NCBI GenBank assembly: GCA_051362555.1 | Contig: CM120644.1 | Coordinates: forward strand, 4,844,954 to 4,908,953 | From: Lingula anatina | Lineage: Eukaryota; Animalia; Brachiopoda | DNA: 64,000 nucleotides | Direction: 5' to 3' | Shown here: piece by piece, positions 53,572-62,928 of the stretch | Layout: each line of letters starts with the position of its first letter | How positions within the stretch are numbered: the stretch's first letter is position 1 | Program-made: the position numbers and the translations under genes | Notes under the pieces: model-generated | Told to the model about the DNA's origin: nothing | Databases searched by the model: none | The model's input: only the letters and a program-made list of their open reading frames with translations

Positions 53572-54640
53572 TGTAATGAAACAAATTTTTAACAATCGTT
53601 ATCAAAGTAATTCCTATCATTATGGGCCATAAAGACCCCCATGGGAGCGTCCGGTAAATATTTGGGCGTTTGTAACAATTGATTGATTCATGTGACTGGA
53701 ACCATTACCCTCGTCAGCACTGTGGCCAATAATTCTGGCGAGTTACACAACATGAGCAGGACGACCTTGCGGAACAGAAGTAACGTTCTGGTGCTAACAA
53801 CGTCTTTACGAGCTTACCTATACCCCTTCCCCTTTCATAGGTGAGAACGATAAAATTATCTCCTTACACAGAGCCCACCTCACGCTGGGTGAAGATACCA
53901 CGGAAGAGACACAGAGGATACTACTCGTTCGAGGTACCGATTGAGGGAGTTTCTACTCCCTCTGGCAGGTTCACTGGGGCGGTTGGTCGAATCTGATGGG
54001 ACAAGGCTACGCTCGAGGCTCCGATTGAGAAAGTTTCTACTTTCTCTGGCAGGTTCACTGGGGCGGTTGATTGTTGGTTAGTTAGAAAGAGTGATACGTT
54101 GGCAGGAGTACCAACGACAGGGAAAATCTCCGTCAGATTCTCCCGACAGGCTTTGAGTAGCAACGAAGGCCTGAGTTACGTTGGCTGGGGCACCAACGAC
54201 GAGGGAAATATCTCCCGTGTAGAGTAGGCAGACCTTAGGCAGGAGGTCGATTAGGACAAGCGATACGTTGGCTGGGGGCACCAACGTTAAGGGATATCTC
54301 AGTCAGATTATCCCGACAGGGTCAGCGTAGCTACGGGACCCTAGGTTACCGTCGGCAGGAATAATTCCGAAGTGAAGCTCACCAGTACCAGTACGATGTT
54401 AACCGATGCCTACACCTCCTAGGATTATTGACTTTACCTAGTAGCACCCTGGATTATGCATTTACATTAAACTCTTCATCAGTATCATTTGAATTATATC
54501 TGGACACATTGAACTTTTTCTTTTATTGCCTCCTTACAAACTTCGTTGGATTTAAATAAAACTGTTTATTGACAAAAAGAACTGTTTCTTGGGATTGAAC
54601 TTTTATTAGCACGCTACCTTTAGACTCAAAAACCGCTACA
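53572..54640 (+). repeat. 5' LTR (1069 bp)
   Basis: Starts TGTAATG and ends GCTACA. It matches 59051-60119, and I saw no differences by eye. AATAAA at 54555-54560. Confidence 0.96.
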
Positions 54641-54644
54641 AATT

Positions 54645-54664
54645 TGGTGGCAGCGGTGGGATTC
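54645..54664 (+). promoter_or_regulatory. Primer binding site complementary to the tRNA-Leu 3' end
   Basis: TGGTGGCAGCGGTGGGATTC lies 4 nt after the 5' LTR. It is the reverse complement of the metazoan tRNA-Leu(AAG/TAG) 3' end ...GAATCCCACCGCTGCCA-CCA. Confidence 0.9.
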
Positions 54665-54690
54665 AAAAGTTGTCACGTCCTCTAAGAATT

Positions 54691-55090
54691 ATGGCAGATG
54701 AAACTAGGATATACGACCACTCAAGACAATGGGACAGTGCTTTTGGGAGTTGTAATCCATGTTTGAGCCCGGTGTTGGATGATACTCCGCTCTTTGCAGA
54801 CCCGAGGAGAAGACTGGAGTTTGAAACTCCCTGCAACACTAATCCCTTTATTACTGTTAACACCAATCCATTCCTGGACGACGATCATTTCATCAACCCC
54901 AAGGAGGGGACATTTTGCTCGAGAATGTCAAGTACTGAATGTAAAACCAGTCACTCCACCCCGTAGGAATGTCCAGTGCTTTAACTGTGGAGGATTTGGA
55001 CATGTGGCCAGAAATTGTGTACCAGTAAAAGTTGGACCCCCACCAGCACCTAGAAGAGCAGAGGCAGTCAGTGCGAATCAGTTAAACTAG
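54691..55090 (+). pseudogene. gag: gag remnant: N-terminus fused out of frame to the nucleocapsid zinc-knuckle tail
   Basis: ATG at 54691 (MADETRIY...) reads to TAG at 54966. A second frame gives half a knuckle (RRGHFAREC), then a full CCHC knuckle (CFNCGGFGHVARNC), then TAG at 55088-55090. There is no room for a capsid domain. Confidence 0.8.
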
Positions 55091-55144
55091 CGGCGGTTGG
55101 AGAAGAGAGGCATCGGCCAACCGTGGAGAACAGTAAGACCTCTC
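55081..55144 (+). promoter_or_regulatory. Putative -1 programmed ribosomal frameshift signal (G_TTA_AAC plus stem-loop/pseudoknot)
   Basis: The heptamer lies just before the gag stop, and its -1 frame is open and continuous with pol. Stem CGGTTGG/CCAACCG; loop GAGAGG is complementary to the downstream CCTCTC. Confidence 0.75.
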
Positions 55145-58100
55145 GACAAGATGATTCCATATTCCTTCATGTAAGTTTGTTTGGGAGGAATTGTTCATTT
55201 TTGGTGGATACCGGATCAGATCTTACAATTATTGCAGAGCGTGTGTTTTTACAGTTTCCAAAAGGAGAAAGGCCAAGTGTTAGGCCCTCAACAAAGCAGA
55301 TACAGGGAATTACGGGTACCTTCATGGACTTGAAAGGTGAGACAACTGTCCCCATGTCTATAAATAACCACAAGTTTGATATCCCAGTCATTGTTGCCGA
55401 TGTACCTTGGGAAGGTATACTTGGAATGAACGTGTTGAGACAATTACGCTGTACAATTAATTTGCAAAAACTAACTGTGACCATTGGCGAAGGGGATAGG
55501 GAGGAAATTCCGCTGATAACTGCTGAAAGAAATGGTTATCGTTGTTGCCGTGTCTCATTCAAAGAAGATACAGTTATACCCCCAAAGTCGGAGATGGTTA
55601 TTACCGGACAGCTGCATAAATCTGGTCCCACACTCACTGAGGGTATTACAGAGTCAAGATTGAAGAATAATGTACACGCGTCAGTTGCTTATGCGTTGGT
55701 TGATCTCCGTGGGACGTCTGTTCCCCTGCGCATCATGAATAAGGGTGAATATCCTCTTAAACTTGGACGTGGAACTGTAGCAGCTTTGATAAAACCAGAC
55801 GTAGCCAGTGTCATTGGGAACGAAGGACAGGTCGACCAGGCTGATGCTGAGACTACTGACCAAAGTTTACCGGCTCATATGGAACCTCTATGGGACAAAA
55901 TTAAAGTAAACCTTAACCCGACAGAGGCGGAGAAAGTAGCCAGAGTACTCCGTGAAAATAGCGATGTGTTTGCAAAGGATTCAAATGATCTTGGGAAAAC
56001 TGGACTGATAAAACATACAATAAACACTGGTAACAGTCATCCAATCCGCCAGCCAGCAAGAAGAATTCCAATACATCGGGTAAAGGAAGCAGACGATGAA
56101 CTAGAGAAGATGTTGTCCCAAGGTTTGGTTGAACCTTCAAGCAGTGCCTGGGCTTCACCGATAGTGTTGGTTACCAAAAAGGACGGTTCCATCAGGTTCT
56201 GCATAGATTACCGTCGGCTGAATGATGTTACACAGAAAGATGCATATCCACTGCCTCGTATAGATGAAACGTTAGACACCTTGTACGGCGCTAAGTGGTT
56301 CTCCACACTAGACCTCATGAGCGGCTATCATCAAGTTGAGATGAGTCCAGCAGACAAGCACAAGACGGCATTCTGCACACGTCAGGGTCTTTTCCAGTTC
56401 AAGGTTATGCCATTTGGATTATGTAATGCCCCCGCGACCTTTGAACGGCTCATGGCGTTAATCTTGGCGGGCCTCCATTGGAAAACCTGTTTAATTTACT
56501 TGGATGATGTCATCATCTTTGGAAGTACAGTAGAGCAACACCTAGAACGTCTTCAAACCGTCCTTCAGCGCCTACGACAAGCAGGACTTAAACTCAAGCC
56601 ATCTAAATGCTCCCTGTTCCAAAAAGAGGTTGAGTACCTTGGACACATAGTCTCCGAACGAGGGGTAGAAACTGACCCAAACAAGACAAGAGCAGTGGTG
56701 GATTGGCCGACTCCAAACAATGTGTCAGATGTTAGAAGTTTCCTGGGCCTCTGTTCCTATTACCGACGGTTTGTTAGAAATTTTACCAACATCGCCAGTC
56801 CCCTACATCGTCTTACTGAGAAGGATCAGCCGTTCATTTGGGGAGAAGACCAAGTATGTGCCTTTCAGAAGCTTAAATCTGCGCTCAGCACACCCCCAGT
56901 GCTGGCATTTCCAAATGCACAAGCCCAGTTTATCTTAGACACTGATGCCAGCCACCGTGGGATTGGAGCGGTGCTTAGTCAAGTTCAGGATGGCCATGAA
57001 CGAGTCATAGCGTACGCAAGCAAGTCGCTTAGTAAGCCAGAGACAAGATACTGTGTAACCAGGAAAGAACTCTTGGCAGTGGTGCATTTTGTAAAGTACT
57101 TTCGGCATTATCTTTATGGAAGACATTTTCTTATCCGCACAGACCATGGGTCATTAAGGTGGCTTATGAACTTTAAGGATCCTGAGGGGCAATGGGCCCG
57201 GTGGTTGCAGGTGTTGGGAGAGTATGACTATACCATAGAGCATCGTCCTGGAACCAAGCATGCCAATGCTGATAGTCTTAGCCGGAGGCCCTGTAATCAA
57301 TGTGGAGGGCAGTGTGAAGAAGAACCGACTGTTGTTAAAGGAAAATCAATTAAATGCTGTGCTTTTACCCCAGCAAGTGACTGGGTACAACCCCTCTCAC
57401 CTGAGGAAATTCTATCTCTTCAATTGAAAGACCCTGTGCTAGGGAAGTTGATTGCCTGGAAGGAAAATGATAGTCGTCCAGGTGCAGATGAAATTGCATC
57501 AGAATGTTCTACCCTGAAGAAATTTGTGAGCCAGTGGGATCATTTGTGTTTAAAGAATGGTGTTCTATACCGTCGATGGCAAATGCATGGACACCCAGTG
57601 ATACAACTAATTGCTCCTAAACCGCTGAGAAAGGATCTTTTTCAACAAATTCATGCACACCCCACAGGTGGCCACTTGGGACTTAACCGGATGATGAAGG
57701 CTCTCAAACAACGATGCTACTGGCCGTACATGAAGGTGGACGTGAGATTATGGATAAAACAATGTCACACATGTGGAGCTACCAAAAATCCACCAAGAAG
57801 AGTAAAAGCAAAATTAGGCCAGCTTCCAGTGGGTTGCACTTTGGAACGAATTGCTATTGACATAAAAGGACCACTGCATATCACTGATAGAGGTAACCGG
57901 TACATTATGGTTGTTAGCGATTACTTTACCAAATGGACAGAGGCATATCCGATCCCTGACCAGGAGTCGCGCACCATAGCTGAAAAGCTTGTTGAGGAGT
58001 TTATCTGCCGGTTTGGAGTTCCATATCAGATTCATACCGACCGTGGCAGGAATTTTGAGTCAAATTTGATTGCTGATGTATGCTCCCTTCTGCACATACG

Positions 58101-58980
58101 GAAGACAAGAACCACACCATTCAGGCCTCAGAGTGACGGACTGGTAGAGCGATTTAACCGGACTATCGGGGTGATGTTGAAAGCATTTACTTCAGAACAC
58201 CAGAGAGACTGGGACGAGTATCTCCCATACCTGCTTCTAGCTTATCGTTCCACCGTGCATGAAAGCACTGATATGACACCTAACATGCTTATGTTAGGTC
58301 GAGAAGTTACTATGCCGGTCGACCTGACCCTGCCATCCACTATCGATGAGGAAGATCAGGACTTAACCGAATATGCTTGGAAACTGAAAGAGAGGATGGT
58401 ATCTTCCTTTGAAACAGCCCGCATCCATTTGAGACAGGCAGCAAAAAGGCAGAAAAAGTACTATGACCGCACGGCCCGTGAGGAGAACCATAGTCCCGGT
58501 GACTTTGTTTGGCTTTATTGTCCCAACAGAAAGAAAGGACTGTCACCCAAGTTACAGTGTCAGTGGCAAGGCCCGTTTACAGTCACACATAGAATTAGCG
58601 ACGCTGTATACAAAGTTCAGAAAGGGCCACATTCTAAGAGCCAGACAGTGCATGGCGATCGACTGAAGAAGTATTACGGCACCCAGGTCCAAGCATGGTT
58701 TCACCCCAAGGAAGAGTTCCAAGATTCCGGCGCTGATTTTACGGTATCATCTTCACCCACCGAGGAGATCCTTGACATAGAACCAACATCTGAAGAAGAC
58801 GCAGCCGTGAAAAGTACTGCAGAAGAAATTAGACTGTCGCAAAATACCGACAATGACATGTCGGTATCTTCCTCACCCCCGGAGATGCCAGTGGAAGAGG
58901 AACTCCCGTCTAGCGAAGGTATCAGTAGACGGCCACAGCGAAGAAGAAAAACACCGCCTTGGTTGAAAGATTTTATTTAA
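55081..58980 (+). CDS. pol: Pol polyprotein (aspartic protease, RT, RNase H, integrase); frame open from 55081, track ORF starts at GTG 55123
   Basis: Protease FLVDTGSD; RT WASPIVLV...IDYRRLN...MPFGL...YLDD; RNase H LDTDAS...RKELLA...TDH...ADSLSR; integrase HHCC zinc finger and D,D-35-E core; GPF motif (WQGPF). Uninterrupted for 1285+ codons. Confidence 0.97.
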   Translation, partial: VKLAAVGEERHRPTVENSKTSRQDDSIFLHVSLFGRNCSFLVDTGSDLTIIAERVFLQFPKGERPSVRPSTKQIQGITGTFMDLKGETTVPMSINNHKFDIPVIVADVPWEGILGMNVLRQLRCTINLQKLTVTIGEGDREEIPLITAERNGYRCCRVSFKEDTVIPPKSEMVITGQLHKSGPTLTEGITESRLKNNVHASVAYALVDLRGTSVPLRIMNKGEYPLKLGRGTVAALIKPDVASVIGNEGQVDQADAETTDQSLPAHMEPLWDKIKVNLNPTEAEKVARVLRENSDVFAKDSNDLGKTGLIKHTINTGNSHPIRQPARRIPIHRVKEADDELEKMLSQGLVEPSSSAWASPIVLVTKKDGSIRFCIDYRRLNDVTQKDAYPLPRIDETLDTLYGAKWFSTLDLMSGYHQVEMSPADKHKTAFCTRQGLFQFKVMPFGLCNAPATFERLMALILAGLHWKTCLIYLDDVIIFGSTVEQHLERLQTVLQRLRQAGLKLKPSKCSLFQKEVEYLGHIVSERGVETDPNKTRAVVDWPTPNNVSDVRSFLGLCSYYRRFVRNFTNIASPLHRLTEKDQPFIWGEDQVCAFQKLKSALSTPPVLAFPNAQAQFILDTDASHRGIGAVLSQVQDGHERVIAYASKSLSKPETRYCVTRKELLAVVHFVKYFRHYLYGRHFLIRTDHGSLRWLMNFKDPEGQWARWLQVLGEYDYTIEHRPGTKHANADSLSRRPCNQCGGQCEEEPTVVKGKSIKCCAFTPASDWVQPLSPEEILSLQLKDPVLGKLIAWKENDSRPGADEIASECSTLKKFVSQWDHLCLKNGVLYRRWQMHGHPVIQLIAPKPLRKDLFQQIHAHPTGGHLGLNRMMKALKQRCYWPYMKVDVRLWIKQCHTCGATKNPPRRVKAKLGQLPVGCTLERIAIDIKGPLHITDRGNRYIMVVSDYFTKWTEAYPIPDQESRTIAEKLVEEFICRFGVPYQIHTDRGRNFESNLIADVCSLLHIRKTRTTPFRPQSDGLVERFNRTIGVMLKAFTSEHQRDWDEYLPYLLLAYRSTVHESTDMTPNMLMLGREVTMPVDLTLPSTIDEEDQDLTEYAWKLKERMVSSFETARIHLRQAAKRQKKYYDRTAREENHSPGDFVWLYCPNRKKGLSPKLQCQWQGPFTVTHRISDAVYKVQKGPHSKSQTVHGDRLKKYYGTQVQAWFHPKEEFQDSGADFTVSSSPTEEILDIEPTSEEDAAVKSTAEEIRLSQNTDNDMSVSSSPPEMPVEEELPSSEGISRRPQRRRKTPPWLKDFI

Positions 58981-59014
58981 ATTGTTAGAACTGTTTTATT
59001 TCACTGATTTTAAT

Positions 59015-59049
59015 GGACTCGAGGACGAGTCCTGCGAGAGGAGGGGGCA
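59015..59049 (+). promoter_or_regulatory. Polypurine tract preceded by a short hairpin
   Basis: GGACTCG-AGGA-CGAGTCC hairpin (59015-59032), then GAGAGGAGGGGG just before the 3' LTR. Confidence 0.85.
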
Positions 59050-59050
59050 T

Positions 59051-60119
59051 TGTAATGAAACAAATTTTTAACAATCGTTATCAAAGTAATTCCTATCATT
59101 ATGGGCCATAAAGACCCCCATGGGAGCGTCCGGTAAATATTTGGGCGTTTGTAACAATTGATTGATTCATGTGACTGGAACCATTACCCTCGTCAGCACT
59201 GTGGCCAATAATTCTGGCGAGTTACACAACATGAGCAGGACGACCTTGCGGAACAGAAGTAACGTTCTGGTGCTAACAACGTCTTTACGAGCTTACCTAT
59301 ACCCCTTCCCCTTTCATAGGTGAGAACGATAAAATTATCTCCTTACACAGAGCCCACCTCACGCTGGGTGAAGATACCACGGAAGAGACACAGAGGATAC
59401 TACTCGTTCGAGGTACCGATTGAGGGAGTTTCTACTCCCTCTGGCAGGTTCACTGGGGCGGTTGGTCGAATCTGATGGGACAAGGCTACGCTCGAGGCTC
59501 CGATTGAGAAAGTTTCTACTTTCTCTGGCAGGTTCACTGGGGCGGTTGATTGTTGGTTAGTTAGAAAGAGTGATACGTTGGCAGGAGTACCAACGACAGG
59601 GAAAATCTCCGTCAGATTCTCCCGACAGGCTTTGAGTAGCAACGAAGGCCTGAGTTACGTTGGCTGGGGCACCAACGACGAGGGAAATATCTCCCGTGTA
59701 GAGTAGGCAGACCTTAGGCAGGAGGTCGATTAGGACAAGCGATACGTTGGCTGGGGGCACCAACGTTAAGGGATATCTCAGTCAGATTATCCCGACAGGG
59801 TCAGCGTAGCTACGGGACCCTAGGTTACCGTCGGCAGGAATAATTCCGAAGTGAAGCTCACCAGTACCAGTACGATGTTAACCGATGCCTACACCTCCTA
59901 GGATTATTGACTTTACCTAGTAGCACCCTGGATTATGCATTTACATTAAACTCTTCATCAGTATCATTTGAATTATATCTGGACACATTGAACTTTTTCT
60001 TTTATTGCCTCCTTACAAACTTCGTTGGATTTAAATAAAACTGTTTATTGACAAAAAGAACTGTTTCTTGGGATTGAACTTTTATTAGCACGCTACCTTT
60101 AGACTCAAAAACCGCTACA
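59051..60119 (+). repeat. 3' LTR (1069 bp)
   Basis: Direct copy of the 5' LTR. The track shows identical spurious ORFs at a constant offset of 5479. Confidence 0.96.
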
Positions 60120-60739
60120 ATAGTTTTCGAGAAATTATATTATCTTCATTTGTTAGTGCCTGGTCTGAGTTTTGGCTGATTTGGATGAGGAATTGATAGC
60201 AAGTGATAAGGATGGGAAATAGTAAGGGTGGGTGGTTGGGGGTGGGGGGGGGGGGGGGGGGTAATGGGTAATATATGGATAAGAAAGGGTGATTAAATGA
60301 TCAGAACCCTAGAACCAAGTTCATCTGACTTGTGAAATGACCTGTAAACCTCAGCTCATCAATGGCTTCTCCAACACAATGACAGATAAAAATCAAGAGC
60401 ATCTCTAACACAATGATGAAATTTGAATACAAGTAAACAACTTCTCTAAAACAATGATTTTATAGCTTTAGAGAAGTATTACAAAACTGTGTAGATCTTG
60501 AATCTGTTTACTCTTTATACATATGTAGGGTCAGCTGGTGCACATTTCAAAAGGCATAGCATGCTTACTTGTAATGCAGCCATGCACTGACCTGGTGACC
60601 TTGATCTCTGACCTAGGTCATGTCAACACTAGTGGAGTGGATTATATAATCACTGTGTACTTGAAGCAGTCAGTGATTTGTTTATTGGAAAATAAAGCAA
60701 ATTGATTTTGTTGCATTTAGGACTAGGTTTATGCACACT

Positions 60740-60788
<49 letters not shown>

Positions 60789-61140
60789 AAGCTTATAAAA
60801 GAGCTATAAGTGACCTTATGTGTCAGTGTTGTGGAGTCTTTCAACTTTCACATTCAGATTATTTTCTGTTCTCAAAGTAAACAGTGAAGAGGAGAGATAA
60901 GAAGTTGTTACCTTTCAATTAATTCATTGAGGTGGAGGTCTTCTTGAAGAATTTATGGCCCCAGTGATGGATTAAGAATCATAATTAAAGGCACTAAAAT
61001 ATACTGTAGTTGTTTATTTTGATGGTGCAAGTACATTAACGTACCAGTAGCTGGGTCAAGAGCATAGCGGTCAATGTACCAGGAACAGACAGGACACAGT
61101 GAAATTTAAGTGAAGGCTGCTGAGAGAGAGAGAGAGAGAG

Positions 61141-61186
<46 letters not shown>

Positions 61187-62228
61187 GGTTATCACATGCA
61201 GGAATTTAAATGGAACATATCTCCAGTCAGTTGAATGGTGGATTGCCTGCAAGTTTGTTGCACTGACCTACATGTAGAACTCTGGAATTATCGATGAACA
61301 ATGTATAGGAGCCAGCTTTAAATTGAAAGCCTAGAAGGAAATACAACAATGCACATGTGCTTAATGGCTTGAGTAGTGTACTGTGTACATCAGAAAGTGT
61401 ACTGAGTCTAGTCAGGACATGTTTTTGTGAAGCTTCATGGAGAGGGTTGAAATATTTTGTTATTCGATCTAACCATCACAGGGTCATTATAAACACAAGC
61501 TGCATGGGCCAGTCAGACCTAGATTTGTATATACTTTTGATGTGTTAAAGTAACAGATCTTGACCCATTTTCACCTGCCTTAGAGAGCAGGTGTGTTTTG
61601 CTGTAGTACCAGTGAACTACAGTATGGTGCCACAGGGGATGTGGTTTCCATCATTTTGTATGAGAAAACCTGAAATGATGACAACTGGCACAAAAGGGTA
61701 TAATACAGCTACAGTAGGCTCAGGCAGTTTATATAGCCACTTCCAGTGACATGTCCATCCTCTTTGTGAATAACTCACTTGGACATTTGTAAACATAGGG
61801 GATAAGAGACTTCCATAAAGAGGCTCTGATTCAGGATTGGTGCAGAGGTGCATTGGATTTATTATTGTCTTTAGTACATTGTGAAACTCATCTTATGGTA
61901 CCCTATATATCAACCATGGATATAGGTTTTCTGAAAGGGTCCTTCCAAACTACTACCATAGGAGTTCCATAGCCATAGAATTATCTTCAGTAAGCAGCTG
62001 GGATTTTATGTATAAACACGCACAGAGAAACAAATGCCAGTGGGATTTCTCTTGATATGATTACTGAAAAGAACTGCGTTTTCTAGATGGGTTTAATAGA
62101 TACATGTACTTCATTGCCAGGACTTTGCCACTAACTGTAAACAAGCTCTTCATTGCAAAGTTCATTCAAGGACTGCCTCATATAGCACTGCTTTACTTGT
62201 GGTCACATTGAAGAGACCACTAGACTTT

Positions 62229-62360
62229 GGGAGCATGGGTTAATGCAAGTTTCAGGGAACATGGATTAATGCGAATTTCAGGGAGCATGTGTCAATGCAT
62301 AATTCTGGGAGCATGAATTAATGCACATTACCAAGAATATGCATAAATGCATATTTCTGA
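62229..62360 (+). repeat. Degenerate ~27-bp tandem repeat
   Basis: GGGAGCATG..TTAATGCA recurs 4-5 times. Confidence 0.7.
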
Positions 62361-62802
62361 ATGAGTTGTGGTGGCTTGAAGTGGTATAGCACATACACCA
62401 TAAGCATATTGTGGGATTATTTTGTGACTAGGATTTCTTACCACAAGGAGCCAGTCTAATCCTCCTCTTGTCCCGCCTGCTGCAATAGTAATCAAGATAA
62501 TGCACCTTCTGTTATGTAATTAGACAAACTGCCAAGTTAGATAATTACAAGCTTGCTGGGCCCAAGTTGACTGGAAACACAACACGGCTGGAGTTAGACA
62601 CTGCCTCAACTTGACATGAAAACAAATGTATAAATCCCACTGGTGCAAATCACTCTTGAAACTTTGCGATCGCTATATCCTCTAGCTTGCATACATAATA
62701 TGTATATTCCATTGATTATTATTAGGCTTAAAGTACACTGCCATATCTATAGAACACTTCAAGCCTTTCTTTAAGACTGCTATAGCTATCTCTAGAAATA
62801 AA

Positions 62803-62928
62803 ATGAACATGTATTCACCAAAAATGATGATGTCCATGAAAAGAAAATTTTCTCAGTTGAGTGTCACAAATGAAGAGTCGGAGCCTGATGAAGACGTGGA
62901 TGTTGAAATGACAGAGGTGAAGAATCAG
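62803..62928 (+). CDS. Candidate exon (MNMYSPKMMMSMKRKFSQLSVTNEESEPDEDVDVEMTEVKNQ); alternatively an internal 72-nt exon 62857-62928
   Basis: Open frame with acidic coding-like composition; donor CAG|GTATAG in phase 0; possible acceptor TTTTCTCAG ending at 62856. Confidence 0.4.

Larger units (their letters stand above)
53572..60119 (+). mobile_element. Ty3/Gypsy LTR retrotransposon, recent insertion, gag internally deleted
   Basis: Two direct LTRs 5479 bp apart with TGTA...TACA ends, a 4-bp TSD ATAG (53568-53571 and 60120-60123), a PBS, a polypurine tract, and pol in PR-RT-RNaseH-IN order. Confidence 0.97.

Noticed and set aside
53985-54010. Possible hammerhead ribozyme in the LTR (CTGATG)
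   Set aside because: The sequence is CTGATGGG, not CTGANGA, and I could not place a GAAA/stem arrangement. A covariance-model search would be needed to exclude variant ribozymes.
53921-54284. Antisense ORFs in the LTRs (also 59400-59763)
   Set aside because: Short, non-ATG starts, and their repeated peptides simply reflect the hairpin modules.
58981-59050. Possible env or extra ORF after pol
   Set aside because: Only 70 nt separate the pol stop from the 3' LTR.
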